From Macrostomum hystrix (taxonomy: Eukaryota > Animalia > Platyhelminthes), in contig CATNEN010000034.1 in NCBI GenBank assembly GCA_950097015.1, positions 7,254,001 to 7,318,000 on the forward strand: a stretch of DNA of 64,000 nt, given 5' to 3'. Of this stretch, positions 10,801-23,632 are shown piece after piece. A program made the translations under genes and the position numbers. Under the pieces are notes generated by a model. The model was given only the letters and a program-made list of their open reading frames with translations. It was not told where the DNA came from and searched no databases. The stretch's first letter is position 1; each line of letters opens with the position of its first letter.

Positions 10801-13800
10801 CTCGGCCTGGTCCTGCAGATTGGCGCACAGCTCCCTTGCCTCGGCTAGGCGAGCCTCCAGCGCCGTCTTCTCCTCGGTCAACGCGTCGTAAGCCGCCTGA
10901 CGCTCAGCTAGACGCTCGTCTAATGAAGCCTTCGAAGAAGCCAGCTCGTGCTTGAGATTGTGCAACTCAGTGCGCAGGCCAGCCAAGCAGTGCTTGGTCT
11001 CTGAGTGAGCTCGAACATCTCCGGCGTGCAGCACCAGCTCCTGCTGGTACTTGGCCTCGGCCTCCGTTGCCCGATCCGCAGCTGCTTTGCCGTCCTCCGC
11101 GCCGCGCTCGTAAGCCGCCAGAGCCGTGTCGCGCGCTTCCTCGGCATCGCGCGCCCGACTCTCTAACTCGGCTAGGCGACGCATCAAATCGGCCCGCTCG
11201 GCATCGAATTCGGCGCCGAGGCGCTCCGATCTGGTGCGCCAATCGGCAGCCTGACGCTCGGCCGCCTCGGCTGCAGCCCGGAAACTGCGGGGTTTTTTTG
11301 GTAATCGGAAGATCAGTAAGGATCTGAATTTAGGGGATTTTTAATAAATATAAGGATTTAAAAAATAAAATATTGGGATCATATAGAAAGTTAGGAACTT
11401 GTCTGATCCCATAGTTTTATGAACCTTGAAGAGTGTAAATGTTAAGGCTTGGTGATAGGACAATGGTTACCCTGACCAATAACACGGCTCACCGATCCGA
11501 CTCCTCCTGCTCATTGCGCAGTCTGTCTTCAACATCAGCCAGCAGCCTCTCGTGCACGATGGCCTGCTCAGCCAGGCGCTCTTCGACGCCGGCCGACACT
11601 CCGCGATATTCAGCTGCCTCGACGCGCAGCCGGTCAACTTCGCGTCGGGCCGACTGCAGCTCGGCTTCGAGCTCGGCGCAGCGCAGCTTAGCCAGACGGA
11701 CTTCGTCGTTTTCAACGCCATCCTGCTGCTGCTGAGTGGTCGGCGTCTCGGTGATGGCCGACGACGCAGCGTTCTGCGCTATGCGAAGCTCAACCCGGGC
11801 GCGTTCTAGTTCGGCCTCTCGAGAGCTCAAGGCCTCGGCTAGTCTTGCTCGCTCGGCTTCGACACTGACCAGCCGTTCGCTCAACCGACGCGAGTCCCGC
11901 TCCAACTCGGTTCGCTCATCCGCTAGGCGCCCAGTTTCGCTGGCCAAGCGGGCTCCAAGATTGTCAACTTCGCGTTGAAGCGCTTCGATGCGCGTCTCGG
12001 CGGCTTCGTGCGATTCGCGATCGCGTCTATCTAGACTGCGGCGCATCTCCTCTAGGCTGGCCAGTAGAGCGCGCTGTTGCCCGCCGGCCTCGGCGCGCAG
12101 TCGCTCGTTTTCAGCGCGCAGGCGACACTCGCTTGGCCGCAGCGAGTCCAGCTGGGAGCGGGCCTCGGCTATCTGAGCCTCCAGCTTGGCTGCCACGTCT
12201 GCGCTGGCTGCCGCCGCCGACCTGGCCTGGCTGGCCTCCTGCTCGCTGCGGGCGCGAGCTTCGACAGCGCGCTCCGCCGCCTGACGCAGTGCGGCTATCT
12301 CGCGACGCTGCTCGGCCGCGTTGGACTCCTGCGCGATTCATTAAATTGATACTTTGATTACAAAACTGATTGATAGTATCTATTAATAGATTGATTGATA
12401 GTACCGATTGATTGATAGTATCGATTGATTGATTGATAGTACCGATTGATTGATTGATAGTATCGATTGATTGATTGATAGTACCGATTGATTGATTGAT
12501 AGTACGGATTGATTGCTTGACAGTATCGATTGATTAATTGATAGTATCGACTGATTGATTGATTGATTGATTGATAGTACCGATTTATTGATTGATAGTA
12601 TCGATTGATTGATTGATAGTATCGATTGATTGCTTGATAGTATCGATTGATTAATTGGTAGAGTATTGGAGAAATGTCTGTTAGAAAAGAGAAAAAATGA
12701 GGATATTTAAAATACCCACGTGGCCTCTCTACTGTTGATAAATTAATTGGCCTATTTAAAGTTCCTACCTGCAGCCTGGCCTTCTCGTGATTCGACTCCA
12801 GCTGAGCAGACAGGCGCGCGCTGAGTTGTCTCAGCCTATCCAGGTCGCCTCTAGTCGATTCCATTTCGGCATCGCGAGCCGCGTCCCGCTGCGCCCGATC
12901 GGCTTTGTAGGCGGCGAACTGATCGCCTAGTTCGCTCAGGAGTCGCTTGAGTTCGTCGGCGCTATTGGACGATTGTTGCTCCTCGTTGGCATCGGCCAGC
13001 GGAGGCCGGATGGAGGCCGCGCCAGACGCAGGCGACAAAGACGGATGGCGAGGCTGGCGGTGGAGCTGCGACTTGTCCGGCGATGGCAAGTGGGAATGCG
13101 CGGATGCTTCGGCCAGTGCCGCCTGTGGGGTACGAGAGAAATTTGGGATCAGACAAAACTATGGGATCCATCCAAAACAATGGGATCTGACTAAAATATG
13201 GGAACAGACAGGCCTGTGGAAAATTAAAAAGACACTAGGATCCAAGAAAAATTCAGCCCACCTGTTCCGCTTCGCTCAGACCGAACAGGTTGGCCACCTG
13301 CGGTCCGGCGTGGCACAGCAGGACGGCGCGCATGGCATCCCTCTGCCTCGCCGCGGCGCTAAGCAGCATTCTGTGCTGCGCCTCTGCGCTACGCAATCGA
13401 TCCAACTCGCTTGCCAGGCCGGCCAGCTGAGCACGCAGCTCCGACTCTGATTGACAGGCGTCAGTTGGTGACGAAACCGCAGCAGCCTCCATCTCCTCTA
13501 GTTTGTTGGCCAGCTCCCTGCTCACCTGAACAGTTGACGGTTGGGGATAATCCGCTATGGGGTGATTGACAGCTGGGGATAATAATCCGCAATGGAGTGA
13601 TTGACAGTTGGGGATAATAATCCGCAATGGATAATAATCCGCAATGGAGTGGTTGATAGTTGGGGATAATAATCCGCAATGGAGTGATTGACAGTTGGGG
13701 ATAATAATCCGCAATGGAGTGGTTGACAGTTGGGGATAATAATCCGCAATGGAGTGGTTGACAGTTGGGGATAATAATCCGCAATGGAGTGATTGACAGT

Positions 13801-16800
13801 TGGGGATAATAATCCGCAATGGAGTGATTGACAGCTGGGGATAATAATCCGCAATGGAGTGATTGACAGCTGGGGATAATAATCCGCAATGGAGTGATTG
13901 ACAGTTGGGGATAATAATCCGCAATGGAGTGGTTGACAGTTGGGAATAATAATCTGCCATGGAGTGATTGACAGTTGGGGATAATAATCCGCAATGGAAT
14001 GATTGATAGTTGGGGATAATAATCCGCAATGGAGTGGTTGACAGTTGGGGATAATCCGCAATGGAGTGGTTGACAGTTGTGGATAATAATCCGCAATGGA
14101 GTGGTTGACAGTTGGGGATAATAATCCGCAATGGAGTGGTTGACAGTTGGGGATAATAATCCGCAATGGAGTGATTGACAGCTGGGGATAATAATCTGCC
14201 ATGGAGTGGTTGACAGTTGGGGATAATAATCCGCAATGGAGTGGTTGACAGTTGGGGATAATAATCCGCAATGGAGTGATTGACAGCTGGGGATAATAAT
14301 CTGCCATGGAGTGATTGACAGCTTGGGGATAATAATCCGCAATGGAGTGATTGACAGCTGGGGATAATAATCCTGCAATGGAGTGATTGACAGCTTGGGG
14401 ATAATAATCCGCAATGGAGTGGTTGACAGTTGGGGATAATAATCCTGCAATGGAGTGATTGACAGCTGGGGATAATAATCTGCCATGGAGTGATTGACAG
14501 TTGGGGATAATAATCCGCAATGGAGTGATTGATAGTTGGGGATAATAATCTGCCATGGAGTGATTGACAGCTGGGGATAATAATCTGCCATGGAGTGATT
14601 GACAGTTAGGGATAATAATCCGCCATGGAGTGATTACAGGGAAGGGAACTTTTTAAAAGCCGCCAATGGTGAGTTCTAATTTGAGCCCAAATTGAGAGCT
14701 CTCTCACCTGCAGTAGCCGCCTATTCTGTTCCTGCAGCTGTTCCACATCGGCATAGGTTAGCAGTCTCTCTGTAATGACGTCACCAGCCCGCCTGACCTG
14801 ACCAGCAGATTCAATAACGGACGCTGATTGACGATAAAGCATCGATGACTGGGAGGGCGGTTCGCCAGTTTTGACTAGGTGCAGCTCCCAGAGCAGTTTA
14901 GTCAGCTGGCGAGACTGGTCCGAGCACTCGTCTGCTAAGCGGCGATTCTCACGCTCCAGGTGTCGCAGGCCGCGCAGCCGGTCCTGACTATCGGCCTTGT
15001 AGTCGGCCAATTCGGCCAGAGCCGAGTCCAACTGTCGGCTGAGCTGCGCGGTGGCCGCCGTCAGCCTGGCGTTGTCTTCACGCAGTCTGCGCACAGCGGG
15101 AGCACCGGCTTCAACTTCGCGCATAACGGCTTGTATTGATTGGCGCAGAGCGGCTGCCTCCTGACGCTCAAGTTGAAGACGACGCTGGGCATCGGCATAT
15201 TCGGCGCACAGCTCGCTGATTGGCTTTCCGCGCTTCAGCAGGTCGCGCACAACAGCCGCCGCCGGCGTCATGTCGGCAACCTGGTCAGTGGTTTCTGATT
15301 CACCGCGCAGAGATTCGATTTGTGAGTTGGCCAGCTGTAGGGGGGTGTTTTTTAATGCCGGTTTGTGTTCTTTTTATTATGGCCTCTGAGAGATATGGGT
15401 GACAATGGAGAATAGACATCAGCTGAAGGAAGTGTGTCAGATGGGTGACAATGGAGAATAGACATCAGCTGAAGGAAGTGTGTCAGATGGGTGACAATGG
15501 AGAATAGACATCAGCTGAAGGAAGTGTGTCAGATGGGTGACAATGGAGAATAGACATCAGCTGAAGGAAGTGTGTCAGATGGGTGACAATGGAGAATAGA
15601 CATCAGCTGAAGGAAGTGTGTCAGATGGGTGACAATGGAGAATAGACATCAGCTGAAGGAAGTGTGTCAGATGGGTGACAATGGAGAATAGACATCAGCT
15701 GAAGGAAGCGTGTCAGATGGGTGACAATGGAGAATAGACATCAGCTGAAGGAAGTGTGTCAGATGGGTGACAATGGAGAATAGACATCAGCTGAAGGAAC
15801 TGTGCCAGATGGGTGACAATGGAGAATAGACATCAGCTGAAGGAAGTGTGTCAGATGGGTGACAATGGAGAATAGACATCAGCTGAAGGAAGTGTGTCAG
15901 ATGGGTGACAATGGAGAATAGACATCAGCTGAAGGAACTGTGCTAGATGGGTGACATCAGCTGAAGGAACTGTGCCAGATGGGTGACATCAGCTGAAGGA
16001 ACTGTGCTAGATGGGTGACATCAGCTGAAGGAACTGTGCCAGATGGGTGACATCAGCTGAAGGAACTGTGCCAGATGAGTGACATCAGCTGAAGGAACTG
16101 TGCCAGATGAGTGACATCAGCTGAAGGAAGTGTGCTAGATGGGTGACATCAGCTGAAGGAACTGTGCTAGATGGGTGACATCAGCTGAAGGAAGTGTGCC
16201 AGATGAGTGACATCAGCTGAAGGAACTGTGCTAGATGGGTGACATCAGCTGAAGGAACTGTGCTAGATGGGTGACATCAGCTGAAGGAAGTGTGCCAGAT
16301 GGGTGACATCAGCTGAAGGAACTGTGCCAGATGGGGGACATCAGCTGAAGGAACTGTGCCAGATGGGGGACATCAGCTGAAGGAACTGTGCCAGATGGGG
16401 GACATCAGCTGAAGGAACTGTGCCAGATGGGTGACATCAGCTGAAGAAAGTGTGCCAGATGGGGGACATCAGCTGAAGGAACTGTGCCAGATGGGTGACA
16501 ATGGAGAATAGACATCAGCTGAAGGAAGTGTGCCAGATGGGTGACATCAGCTGAAGGAACTGTGCCAGATGGGGGACATCAGCTGAAGGAAGTGTGTCAG
16601 ATGGGAGACATCAGCTGAAGGAAGTGTGCCAGATGGGAGACATCAGCTGAAGGAAGTGTGTCAGATGGGGGACATCAGCTGAAGGAAGTGTGTCAGATGG
16701 GAGACATCAGCTGAAGGAAGTGTGTCAGATGGGGGACATCAGCTGAAGGAAGTGTGTCAGATGGGAGACATCAGCTGAAGGAAGTGTGTCAGATGGGAGA

Positions 16801-19800
16801 CATCAGCTGAAGGAAGTGTGTCAGATGGGAGACATCAGCTGAAGGAAGTGTGCCAGATGGGGGACATCAGCTGAAGGAAGTGTGTCCAGATGGGGGACAT
16901 CAGCTGAAGGAACGTGTGTCAGATGGGTGACATCAGCTGAAGGAAGTGTGTCAGATGGGAGTGACATCAGCTGAAGGAACTGTGTCAGATGGGAGACATC
17001 AGCTGAAGGAAGTGTGTCCAGATGGGGAGACATCAGCTGAAGGAAGTGTGTCAGATGGGAGACATCAGCTGAAGGACGTGTGTCAGATGGGGGACATCAG
17101 CTGAAGGAACTGTGCCAGATGGGAGACATCAGCTGAAGGACGTGTGTCAGATGGGAGACATCAGCTGAAGGACGTGTGTCAGATGGGAGACATCAGCTGA
17201 AGGAAGTGTGTCAGATGGGTGACATCAGCTGAAGGAACTGTGCCAGATGGGAGACATCAGCTGAAGGACGTGTGTCAGATGGGAGACATCAGCTGAAGGA
17301 AGTGTGTCAGATGGGAGACATAAGCTGAAGGAAGTGTGCCAGATGGGAGACATCAGCTGAAGGAAGTGTGCCAGATGGGAGACATCAGCTGAAGGAAGTG
17401 TGCCAGATGGGAGACATCAGCTGAAGGAACTGTGCCAGATGGGAGACAATGGCGATTAGACATCAGCTGAAGGAACTGTGCCAAAAGAACACGAACAACG
17501 AACCTGCAACTCGTCATTCTTCTTGTCCAGCATTGCCCTGGTGTTAGCCAGGCTCGGTCTCCAGCCTGCGGATGATGGCATTGCGTTCAACTTCGGCTCT
17601 GCTGAACTCCTCGGCGCTGCGTTTCAAATCTGACTGCAGTTCGCTAACGGCCTCCAGGAGTTGAGCGCACCGACGCTCATGCTCCTCGGCGCCAGACTGA
17701 AACACCGCTGCTAAACGGCGCTGCGATTCTAGCTCACCGCCGAGTGTCTCCTCCAGGCTGGCTCGTTCGTCGCGCGCCTCACGCAAGGCGTTCCAGCAGG
17801 CGCGAGTGCTGCTCTCGCAGCGTGGCCTGGGCGTCGCGCGCCGACGCCAACTGTGCGTTGGTTGATTCTAGTTCGCCAGCCAGACGATCCAGTTCTAGCT
17901 GGTGCTGACGGTCGCTCTCCCTAGCCGATTGGCGCAGTGTAAGAAGCTCGTCAGTTTTAACAGCCAACTGGCGCTCTAGCCAGGCCAGGTGGCCGCTTCG
18001 CTCAGTGTCGGATTGCTCAACTGAGGCCAGGCGCACGCTGGCCGATGCTGCGCTGATTCGGGCCTGATAACATTTGATAAAATTAGCAAAAACATGCGGA
18101 CTGTGCTACTGTGAGTAGGATACAAAAGTAACTTACTTCTTGCTGAGTACCCAAGTTACTCACCATCAGCATATCGACTGTCACTCTTCCCTAGTCTATC
18201 GACATGTCACTCTCCCCAGTCTATCGACTGTCAAACTCCTCCAGTCTATTGAACTGTACACTCTCCCCAGTCTATCAACTGTCAATCTCCCCAGTCTATC
18301 GACTATCACACCCCAGTCTATCGACTGTCACTCTCCCGAGTCAATCGACTGTCACTCTCCCCAGTCAATCGACTGTCACTCCCCCAGTCTATCGACTGAC
18401 ACTCCCCCAGTCTATCGACTGACACTCCCCCAGTCTATCGACTGTCACTCCCCCAGTCTATCAACTGTCACACCCCAGTCTATCAACTGTCACTCTCCCC
18501 AGTCAATCGACTGTCACTCTCCCCAGTCTATCGACTGTCACTCTCCCCAGTCTATCGACTGTCACTCTCCCCAGTCTATCAACTGTAACTCTCCCCAGTC
18601 TATCGACTGTCACACCCCAGTCTATCAACTGTCACTCTCCCCAGTCAATCGACTGTCACTCTCCCCAGTCAATCGACTGTCACTCTCCCCAGTCTATCGA
18701 CTGTCACTCTCCTCCAGTCTATCATCGACTGTCACACTCGCGCAGTCTATCATCGACTGTCAACACCCCTGCAGTCTATCCACTACTGTCACTCCCCTGC
18801 AGTCTATCCACTACTGTCACTCCCCTGCAGTCTATCCACTACTGTCACTCCCCTGCAGTCTATCCACTGACTGTCACTCCCCTGCAGTCTATCCACTGAC
18901 TGTCACTCCCCCTTCCCAGTCTGACGATTGTCACTCAGTCCGTCGCCAATAATCCTCCCTGTCTGAAGACATTACTAGACCCTGGAAAAGATCAGTTCTT
19001 CCATGCGGAATCCAAGAGTCTATTATCACAATCGTGAGAAAAAAATAGTACAGAAAAAAATGAAAGTCATCAAACAGATGACCCAGCTGCGCATAAGCAT
19101 AAGCCAATCGCACACCAATCAAGAAATCTGCTACAGCTGCAACGGAAAGAGAAGATTTCCAAACGATATTTTTTCTAACGATTGCAAGAACTGCGAATCA
19201 ATTTTCTCTTGCACACCTGCGTTCGTTCGGATATTTAGGATCCAACATCCTGCATATCCATCCAACATCCTAAATGTCGAACCAACATCCTTAATATCGA
19301 ACCAACATCCTTAATTTCGAACCAACATCCTAAATATCGAACCAACATCCAGAATACCGATTGCTCATAGTGAATATCGTTCCAAATATCCCAGCTAATA
19401 TCGATCTAACATCCCCAATATCCCTACGTATGTCAGTTCAACATCCTCTAAATGAAGCCTATAGCCGAACAGTATTATTAATCCACCATCTTCAACATCT
19501 AACCTAGCTAATATCGATCCTACATTCTCTAAATCAATCCACAATCTTAATATCGACCCAGCATCTCTAATATCGTACGTACCTGATCTAGGAGCACCTG
19601 CTTCTCAACAGCCTCCCGTTCAGCCCGCTGCAATTGGCCGCGCAGTCGTTCAGCCTCAGCGCCTAGACGTTCTACCTCGTCGGCTAGCCGCCTAGTGGAG
19701 TCGGCCAGATTGTCGCGCTCGACGCGCAACTCGCCAAACTGCAGCCGCAGCTGCTCCTTGGCGTCGTGCATGGAATCCAGTTGAGCACGCAGCTCAGATT

Positions 19801-20098
19801 TTGTGCGCTCGGCTTTGCCTAGCTCGTCGGTTAGGCGAATTCGTTCGGCTTCCGCCGACTCTAATCTAGCCCGAGTTTGAGCAGACTCATTTGACAGACT
19901 ATCGCATCTAACTGTCAGGTCAAACACTCGCTGTTCATTGTCAACTCGCTGCACTTCGCATCTCTCTTTAGCGCTGGTTAATGCAGCCTGTAGGCTGTCA
20001 ATCGCCTCTAATAGATTCTGGCGCTGCCAGTCGGCTAGGCTGGACCAAACTGATTGGTCAACGCCGCAGGCCTGCACCAGATGGTAGTCGGTTGTGGC
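7830..20098 (-). CDS. TPR: Nucleoporin TPR/Megator/Mlp1; exons 20098-19583, 18063-17504, 15334-14708, 13525-13262, 13122-12769, 12328-11493, 11284-7830; three +1 frameshifts
   Basis: Long coiled coil with TPR signature segments ITERLLTYADVEQLQEQNRRLLQ|VSREL, EQMLQLLRYLRRERDLAE and EQLSLVTESNRLLRRE, plus an acidic/low-complexity C-terminus. All junctions are GT-AG with consistent phases once the three single-base insertions are removed; about 2,200 aa. Confidence 0.9.
12345..12660. repeat. (ATTG)n/GATAGTATCG degenerate satellite in a TPR intron
   Basis: Visible periodicity; gives the NRYYQSI repeat ORF. Confidence 0.9.
13535..14635. repeat. 35-bp minisatellite (GATTGACAGTTGGGGATAATAATCCGCAATGGAGT)n filling TPR intron 14707-13526
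   Basis: Direct periodicity that runs to about 10 bp from the acceptor. Confidence 0.96.
15395..17485. repeat. Compound 46-bp then 32-bp minisatellite (core GACATCAGCTGAAGGAAGTGTGTCAGATGGGT) filling TPR intron 17503-15335
   Basis: 46-bp units (core plus GACAATGGAGAATA) to about 15950, then 32-bp units; about 60 copies in total. Confidence 0.96.
18170..18930. repeat. ~24-bp minisatellite (CAGTCTATCGACTGTCACTCTCCC)n in TPR intron 19582-18064
   Basis: Direct periodicity; a second degenerate array (AATATCGAACCAACATCC) occupies about 19245-19560 of the same intron. Confidence 0.92.
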
Positions 20099-23000
20099 CT
20101 GGAAAGCATTGACAGCATTGACAAAAACTCTTAAAAAATGACAGCATTTCTGCTTTTATGTACTTAATAGTTAATTAAACAGTTCTGAAATTAGCATTAA
20201 GCTTCTTCAATCGAAAATGAATTTATCTAGCTAGTTAATAATGGAGCAATATATGCAGAACATCAGTGTGCACTTTCTCAAAATCTATTTATTTGGTAAA
20301 CTATTCAAGCAGCTAAATATATGAATTTTTATATGAATACCATACCAGTTTTGGATAAAATTTAAAGTAAATATAATAACAAAGTTTTATGTGTATTAGG
20401 CTATACAAAGTATATTAAAATTGGTATCCTTTACAATGTACATAGATATATGGTATTGGGCCCTATTGGCATGACATTGATTTTATATTAAAAAACAAGG
20501 TACTAAATTCTATATACACATATTTTGCAAATTATTTCAATCAAAAAAATATGCTTTGCTTTGTTGACTTATAATTATTCAGATAAATTTAAATTGTTTA
20601 ATAAATTTTGAGTGTTTGGAGAACATAGAAATAGCTCTAAATTAGAACCAATTATTTTTTATATAAAAGTCAGGTTCTTTCCAGTTTACTTGTCTTAGAG
20701 AAAAAGAAATATCATATCATACCAACACTGACCAAAATAATTAATAAGCAAGATGAAAAATATAACATGACAATAAAAGTAAATTATTACATTATCTAAA
20801 GCTTACAATATATTACTCACTACTGAAAATTTAATGACATGACTTAATTTGTTATTTACTTACTTATTTACAAAATGACAAAATGTAAAATTGACTATAG
20901 TGCAAGATTTCTATAGACAGAACCTATAAAAAATATTTTTTGACAATATAATAAAAACTAATTTCAGTTGTAGGAGGGTTGTGGGAATTGGCTCACCATT
21001 TGGTGACAGTAGACCCACTATCAGTGAAGAAGCCATTTGGCCCATTTTGCTGATTTGTAAGCACTAGGCATACAGATACTATATGCAGGCATATGCTCAC
21101 AGAGATGTGTAGATCTAGACCCAGACTTTCTTATCCTTGGGCAGTGTACACAGGCTGTTATTCTTTGAAAATTTGACCCTAATGGGTATAATTTGCATGA
21201 TAAGCCTCCAAAACCTCTAAACCTCTGTGGCTACACCAGAAATTAGTGTGGCCCCATCATGGAATCAAGCTTAGGGACCTTGGTACAAGAGATAAACCAC
21301 TTTATCACTCACTCACAATACACAAAATTTTTATTTAATTGTGATGATTGATGGCAATAGTATGTAAGAAAAAATACTTGATATTAGTCTGTATTTAAAT
21401 TACTTGAAAATTGTTGACATGAGACTCAATCAAAATGTCAAACAGAACAAACTAAATGTTGATGTCAATCAGAATGCCAATGGTCATTGAATACATAATA
21501 ATTAATATAGCTTTTTTATTTTTATAAATTCAAATTAAAATACAAAAAAGTGGAATATTTATTGCTAAACAAACCTATTAAACAAATATAATATAAATAT
21601 TTGTGGCATAAATTTACTTTCATTAGCAAAATATTTTTTTTAAAATTCAAAATGGTGCTAAACGCACGGAAATGATGTGGCATGAAATTTTCCTTGTTTT
21701 CTATGGCCATAACCAGCTTGGCAGCATCTGAATAGCATAAAGAACTATAGCAACATTTCTAACCTTATTAGTGACTTCAATAAGACAATATTTCCACGCT
21801 TCCAACTGAGAATGGCTAGATGGCCACCTAGACCTTCATAGATTGTGCCTCCCAACAAAGCACTGACAGAGCTCAACCTCAACTCAAGGGACATAATGTC
21901 AGTAACGCCAAATGTGGATGAGACCATGCGTTGGCTTGCGCAGCATGGACTGCTCAGCAATCAGCGGATTCTTCATTTTGTACTAGATTCGTCACTACTA
22001 TCCTGTATAAAATCTAAGTAAACTAAACCAAACTGAATTAAACTGACTAAATTGTTACAACTACTATAAACTGAATTGTTTCTGCACTGAACTGTTTGCC
22101 CGCTGTTTTGTTCTGTTTCCATGCATTTTGCCCTAATGGAGGGAATTTAAATAAGCTGCAGACACTCCTGCTAGGTGCGCAGGTGCGCAGTTGTTTTCAA
22201 GAAAAAGAGTGCAAATCCGCAATTGGTATATATCTTCAGGCTGACTCAATGTAGTAATTGATTTCAATAAAAAATGTCAAAAGACCTTTTTTGATCTCCG
22301 TAGTGTATTTCTAAAAATAGAACAGGTACTTGGTGATTTTTCAAAAATATGGACACATATACCAAATGACCTTTTTTGATCTCCGTAGTGTATTTCTATA
22401 ATTAGAACAGCTAAGGTTGTCTTTTCGCACTTGGGCACTGCAGAGCATGTATTCGTGTAAGGACACAAGGGCATACTGTTTGTTATACATCTACATACTT
22501 ATGACAACTTTACACACACAAGGCGCAGCCACGTGGATAGGAATTTCTTTCTGCGCAGCCGCGCAGGCCAGTGTCAGGATTGTGTACTGGTGTACGCCGG
22601 AATGAAATTTGATTCCCTAGCTCCTGTACGCCAATGTACGCCAGCAGATTTATGTCGCTCACGAAAATACGCCAAGCAAAATTTGCACTTACATTATGTT
22701 CTCACTCCTACAGAAATCAATTTCAATTTCAACGGTGACAGAGTAACGGAATTATAAAGTCTATTAAGTTTACGACCGACAGACCGAAAACTGATTTTGA
22801 AAAAATGATGTTGATTAACAATATTAAACAAAGTGTTGACGGTAAAAATTTAATTTACCAAAGAAGACTTTTGTCTTTCAAACATTGTAGGGCCTATATT
22901 TAAATAATAAATAAAAGGCTTAAAGAAAAATTTTAAGCAATTGCTAGTACTGCACTTTTGAAAATTGACGTGATGTTGTTTGCAGAGTGCGAATGGTGGA

Positions 23001-23439
23001 ATTTTGAGAAATATTACGCTGTTTGCTGTTAATGTTATGCCATAAACGCCTTACACCATATTACGCCATTAATGCCATACGCCAAGTTACGTCGTTATGC
23101 CAGAGATGGGTATACGCCAAGGCGGGTGTACGCCAACGGGGTACGCCAGACCCCTCTGTACGCCGGAATTTTCCGGCGTACATGTGTACCATCCGGAGTC
23201 TGGCGCGCAGGTAATTTTTCACAAGTGCGCCGGACACTGTCCACAGAAACCCCTGTTTACTCTAAATAGGGTACATTTTGCACCATTTTTTATTTAAAAA
23301 ATAATTTTGCGAATGGAAGTAAAGCCATGCCATATTTGTAAGTTATTTTTAGGTTTTGTAAAAAACATTAATTAAAGAAGCAAATAGGGGCCTACTACTA
23401 GTACTAGTAAAAAGAAGTGCTAGTAGTACTAGCACTTAG

Positions 23440-23632
23440 GGGTAGGCTACTGCAGCCAGACAAGTAATTTCTCACTTATGTGTTAAATGTGTATAGCAGC
23501 CATGTCAAAAATGAACTAGGCCTATTAAAATAAAAATATTCATGCCTGTGTTATAACCACAGTCTGCGAGCATCAATGAAACTGCTGCCATATACATAAG
23601 TGAGAAATTACTTTTCCAGCTGCCATACCCCT
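23440..23632. mobile_element. MITE-like element with inverted repeats
   Basis: AAGTAATTTCTCACTTATGT (about 23462) is the reverse complement of ACATAAGTGAGAAATTACTT (about 23595); the outer ends GGGGTA...TACCCC are also inverted. Confidence 0.5.

Noticed and set aside
7852-12357. Many overlapping antisense or alternative-frame ORFs within TPR
   Set aside because: Typical shadows of GC-rich coding sequence; no independent motifs.
13253-14591. 300+ aa ORFs (RIIIPNCQSLHCGLLSP repeats)
   Set aside because: They are translations of the intronic 35-bp array; only the terminal part of the 13253 ORF is a real TPR exon.
21890-21965. Short peptide MSVTPNVDETMRWLAQHGLLSNQ resembling an ISXO2/Merlin transposase N-terminus
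   Set aside because: Too short, with no catalytic region or termini.
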